26,910 nt of DNA, taken from positions 1 to 26,910 of the forward strand of contig JBBIIG010000056.1 of the NCBI GenBank assembly GCA_037446635.1, given 5' to 3'. The notes under the pieces were generated by a model. It had not been told where the DNA came from. It ran no database searches and worked only from the letters and a program-made list of their open reading frames with translations. Of the stretch, positions 23,431 to 26,910 are shown one piece after another. Position 1 is the first letter of the stretch; each line of letters begins with the position of its first letter. The translations under genes were made by a program, and so were the position numbers. The stretch comes from a bacterium. Its GTDB lineage: Bacteria > Zhuqueibacterota > Zhuqueibacteria > Oceanimicrobiales > Oceanimicrobiaceae.

Positions 23431-23434
23431 GGGG

Positions 23435-26374
23435 CTAAAAATCAAATCCAAACCAAAAGGCTTTTTTGATGCCATCTTCGAAGTGCAGGTGCGGGTTATC
23501 GAGATCGCGGATTTGGAAGCGCCGGCCCAATTCATAGCGCAGCACCAGAAAGCCGCCGATTTGCAGACGCAGCCCAAACCCTACGCTGCCGAGCACTTCG
23601 TTAAACTGGTAGTCGCGATCCCAGGCCTGGCCGAAATCGACGAACACGGCGCCGCGAATCGCGTTCAGCCCCAGGCCGCCGAACGGAAAGCCCAGCAAAA
23701 AACGATCGATGAACGGAAAGCGGACTTCGTGATTGACGAGAAACAACTTCTGTCCCCAAATGCGCCAGCGCGGGTAGAGCCGCAAATCCCAGCTCCCGCC
23801 CATAAAATAGCGGAATCCCTCGCGGCCAAGATTAAAGCGGCCCATGAGGCGCACAGCATAGGTCATACTGGTGCTCAGTCGAAAGTAGCGGCGGTAATCG
23901 GTAATCAGGGTGAAATAGTTGACGTCGTTGTTCTGCACATCGATGGTGTGGCCGAGGGTGACGTTGAAGCGCTCGCCGTCCACGGGGCCGGTGTAACCCC
24001 AGAGGGAGTTGTCTTTCACGTACGAAATCGAATTGGTGATCACAATGCCATCCACGGTTTGGCCGCGGAAATCATACTCCCGCTGTTCTTTGCGAATGTT
24101 GATGCCGCCTTCGATGCGATTGAAAACCGAAAGCGGGTAGCTGGCTGCCACGAATCCGCCCACCTGCTCGCGCTCAAAAAAACTATCGACGAGATCGTAG
24201 AAGCGGCCGGAAAGCCGATACGCGCCAATGGCGTAATTCGCCCGCCGCGACAACTCCACGCGGGTGACCGCAAAGTTCCAACTGCTGAGAAAATCGCTGC
24301 GGGTTTGCGCGTTATTATAAAGCAGAAAATAGTATTGTTGGTTGCCGAGCATATCGCTGATGGCCAACTGTGCGCCGCCAGAAACGCCGAACACCGGATC
24401 CTGCGAAATCGCGCTCTGAGCGATATCAAGGCTGAATTTGCGTTTGTATTTGATGGTGGTCGATTCCACTTCGCCGGCGATTTTATCCGCGGCCCAGAGA
24501 TCGCTGCTGGTCACCAGCGTGTCATTTTCAGCAACCACGAACGAATTGAACTTTTCCTGCACGCCGCTCAGCTCGCGGATTTGAAACGAAAAATTTTCAA
24601 AGGCGGTGAAGATGATGCGGTCATCGTTCAGCCACACCGGATCAAACGCGCCGGTGGTAAAGCTGGTGAGCTTTTTCATCTCGTCTTCGCGGGCCAAAGC
24701 CGAAGGGTATTCCGTGTCGCCGTTTTTAGCGTCGCCGTTCACACCATTGTGGTTGGTGGAGTTATGTGCGTCGGCACTGGCTTGCGCCAATTGTCGAGAT
24801 GGCTCTCGGGCCTGCACATTTTTCAACACCCAGATGTTGAACGCGCCGTCGCGGTCCGAGGCAAAGGCCAGCGCCTGGCCGTCGGGCGCCCACGCGGGCG
24901 CATAATCGTTGTGGCCGCCTTTGGTGATGTACTGAATGGCGCCCTGCCCCAAATCATAAAGAAAAAGATTCATGAAGCCATCTTTGCCGAAATAGGAACG
25001 ATCGGAGCTGAAGGCGATCACCTTACCATCCGGCGACCAGGCGGGATCGTGATCGTGGTAGAAATCGTTGGTGAGGCGCTGCAGTTTCCCCGTTTCCACC
25101 TCCACGATGTAGAGATCGCTCAACCCCGCAAAGCTGATTCCCGAGAAAACAATCCGCCGGCCGTCGGGCGACCAATTGGGAGAGGCGAGCGAAACCAGCC
25201 CCGCGAATTGGAATTTCTTCATAATTTTTTTCTGGGCGATATCGTAAACATAAATCACGTCGCTGCCGCCGCTTTTGGTCACGAACGTCAGCTCGCCGCG
25301 ATCGTTGACGTCAATTTTGCTATTGAATAGATGGAACGATTCGAAGTCGGAGGTGCGCTCGCCCTTGATCAGCACCTCGTCGTCCCGCTCCTCTGCTGCC
25401 AGCGGCTTCATATAAATGTTGGAGTAGCCGACGCGGTTGGAAACAAACACCACCCGCTCCTCGCCCGCGAAGGAGTAGCAAGCGGGTTTGGTATTAATGC
25501 CCTCTTTGGTGATGGTGCGGGTTACCATCTTTGGCAAATCGCTTTCCTGCATGAGCGGGTAGTATTGTTTCTTGAGATCGTAAATCCACTTTTGATCGAA
25601 CTCTTCGTAGTTCAGGCCGATGGTCAATTTCATGACTTGAGAAAACTCGCCAACTTTCCAGAGATTGTCGATCAGCAGGTGCAGTTTTTCTTCGCCAAAA
25701 TTTTCAGCAATGAACTTGCAAATGGCCTGGCCTTCTTTATACATCAAGAAGGTGCCGTAAATGGCGTCCATTCTCGCGAGCGGCACGAGATGATCGTTGA
25801 GCACGGCGTCGCGCAAAATCATCTCCGCCTGCGAATCCCAGCCCTCGGCCCAATATTCGGCGATGCCTTCGGTGAACCACAGCGGCAAACCGGCGTGGCT
25901 GGTTTTGCGATGATCCTTCAACACGCGATTCATTTTGCTGCGGACGAAAACGTGCACCAGCTCGTGCTGAATGACATGCTTGAATTGATGGATGTTGCCG
26001 TTGGCAGGGATGACCACCCGCCCTTTGATAAATTCAAAAAAGCCGCCCACGCCCTCGGGGATCAAACTGGGGATGGTATTGGTTTGCTGAAAATGCGCGT
26101 GGTTGGAGTAAAAGATCAGCGGGATGCGGTTGGGGATGTTGTGATTGAGCTTGCTTTCAAATTTGCGGTAGCCCTCCTCGGCAAAGGCGGCGCCGATCTC
26201 CGCCAGCTCCTGCATCTCGGGGTAAAAATAGACGTCGAAATGCTCGGTGCGCATGATCTTCCAATCAAAATGATCATACTGAATTTTGTTGCGGCCGAAG
26301 TAGTATTGCGAATAGAGATTGCCGGCAAGGAGAACAATCCAAACCGCCAACAGCAAAAAACACTTTTTGAACAT
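23435..26374 (-). CDS. Omp85/BamA-superfamily outer-membrane protein with N-terminal HExxH zinc-peptidase-like domain and PD40/TolB-like propeller
   Basis: Signal peptide, FGRNKIQY; HELVH...PLWFTEGIAEY (gluzincin-like); PNWSPDG/PAWSPDG/PAWAPDG repeats; C-terminal barrel with GGSWDLRLY, NHEVRFP, GAVFVDFG, GSVGFGLR and terminal FWFGFDF. Confidence 0.88.
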   Translation of the reverse strand: MFKKCFLLLAVWIVLLAGNLYSQYYFGRNKIQYDHFDWKIMRTEHFDVYFYPEMQELAEIGAAFAEEGYRKFESKLNHNIPNRIPLIFYSNHAHFQQTNTIPSLIPEGVGGFFEFIKGRVVIPANGNIHQFKHVIQHELVHVFVRSKMNRVLKDHRKTSHAGLPLWFTEGIAEYWAEGWDSQAEMILRDAVLNDHLVPLARMDAIYGTFLMYKEGQAICKFIAENFGEEKLHLLIDNLWKVGEFSQVMKLTIGLNYEEFDQKWIYDLKKQYYPLMQESDLPKMVTRTITKEGINTKPACYSFAGEERVVFVSNRVGYSNIYMKPLAAEERDDEVLIKGERTSDFESFHLFNSKIDVNDRGELTFVTKSGGSDVIYVYDIAQKKIMKKFQFAGLVSLASPNWSPDGRRIVFSGISFAGLSDLYIVEVETGKLQRLTNDFYHDHDPAWSPDGKVIAFSSDRSYFGKDGFMNLFLYDLGQGAIQYITKGGHNDYAPAWAPDGQALAFASDRDGAFNIWVLKNVQAREPSRQLAQASADAHNSTNHNGVNGDAKNGDTEYPSALAREDEMKKLTSFTTGAFDPVWLNDDRIIFTAFENFSFQIRELSGVQEKFNSFVVAENDTLVTSSDLWAADKIAGEVESTTIKYKRKFSLDIAQSAISQDPVFGVSGGAQLAISDMLGNQQYYFLLYNNAQTRSDFLSSWNFAVTRVELSRRANYAIGAYRLSGRFYDLVDSFFEREQVGGFVAASYPLSVFNRIEGGINIRKEQREYDFRGQTVDGIVITNSISYVKDNSLWGYTGPVDGERFNVTLGHTIDVQNNDVNYFTLITDYRRYFRLSTSMTYAVRLMGRFNLGREGFRYFMGGSWDLRLYPRWRIWGQKLFLVNHEVRFPFIDRFLLGFPFGGLGLNAIRGAVFVDFGQAWDRDYQFNEVLGSVGFGLRLQIGGFLVLRYELGRRFQIRDLDNPHLHFEDGIKKAFWFGFDF

Positions 26375-26518
26375 CGACGAGGACCTCGGATGAGAAGGGC
26401 TAAATTTTACGGTAATTTTGTTTTCAAATTTGGCAAAGATTTTATACTATTTCTTACTCCGACGAGCGCGCATTTATTCCCAGCCACGAGCTCGTCGGCC
26501 ACGCCGCGGCGTGAATTC

Positions 26519-26546
26519 AATTTAATAAAATATACCCGTGAGTCAA
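26519..26546 (-). promoter_or_regulatory. Putative promoter of the Omp85 operon
   Basis: TTGACT-N16-TAAATT, about 145 nt upstream of ATG 26374. Confidence 0.45.
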
Positions 26547-26690
26547 GTTAATTTTTAGCCCCTTTTTCCCGATAGAAAAAGTAACGATGCGCAAAAGCAC
26601 CGATGATCATGTATTGAAAATTCGTCGCCAGACAATTGCCAAAAGAAACAGCCGTATAAAATGGAGTAGCGATTAGCCAAGGAGTGGTTC

Positions 26691-26910
26691 ATGAACAAGA
26701 AGATGATTCGGCGCTGGCTTTTATTGTTCGCGTTTGCGCTGGGAGGCGTGATTTGCCTGACGTGGTCGAACGGGCTGCTGGCCTACACCGAGACCCTCTA
26801 CTCAAAAATCAAAATCTTTACTTCGCTCTTGGAAACCATCCAGCGCGCGTACGTTGAAGAAAAAAGCGCCGACGAGCTCATGGACGACGCCATCAAAGGT
26901 GTGCTGTCGA
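26691..26910 (+). CDS. ctpA: S41 family carboxyl-terminal processing protease, N-terminal part; runs off the window edge
   Basis: Not in the ORF track. AAGGAG RBS; MNKKMIRRWLLLFAFALGG...LYSKIKIFTSLLETIQRAYVEEKSADELMDDAIKGVLS matches the CtpA/Prc N-terminal helices. The catalytic domain is not visible. Confidence 0.75.
   Translation, partial: MNKKMIRRWLLLFAFALGGVICLTWSNGLLAYTETLYSKIKIFTSLLETIQRAYVEEKSADELMDDAIKGVLS

Noticed and set aside
23267..26551. Two consecutive long plus-strand ORFs (687 and 406 aa) separated by one stop, suggesting readthrough
   Set aside because: They mirror the Omp85 gene codon for codon and have no recognisable motifs; explained by scarcity of TTA/CTA/TCA codons on the coding strand.

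Overview
Bacterial genomic DNA, mostly about 50-55% GC by eye, with gene content typical of the FCB group (FlgD-Ig/T9SS-type C-terminal domains ending LLLLK/MILMK suggest a KSB1/Calditrichota-like organism; this is inference). From left to right: (1) a minus-strand envelope/glycan operon (TPR protein, DUF4292-like lipoprotein, GT2, HddC-like nucleotidyltransferase, GmhB, partial GT4); (2) a divergent Tat-signal Ntn-hydrolase (glycosylasparaginase/asparaginase-2 family); (3) an accessory block at about 6060-8560 with a secreted protein carrying an AT-rich Vps62/NPP1-like C-terminal domain, a small lipoprotein, and a frameshifted, truncated copy (about 87% identical) of that protein's N-terminal module; (4) a T9SS/FlgD-type cargo gene preceded by a uORF plus terminator (attenuator-like leader); (5) a small coiled-coil gene and a CapA-family metallophosphoesterase flanked by heptamer repeats; (6) a sigma54-type promoter ahead of a secreted protein and a 1172-aa multi-Ig T9SS-type cargo; (7) NfeD-like protein, ABC permease and ATPase, and a GH13 protein that appears to have lost its catalytic residues; (8) a PEGA protein, a BamB-like PQQ-propeller lipoprotein and a zinc-peptidase/PD40-propeller/Omp85 fusion; (9) the start of a divergent S41 peptidase. 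I found no rRNA, tRNA, CRISPR array, transposase or integrase. All family calls come from motif recognition by eye, not database searches.
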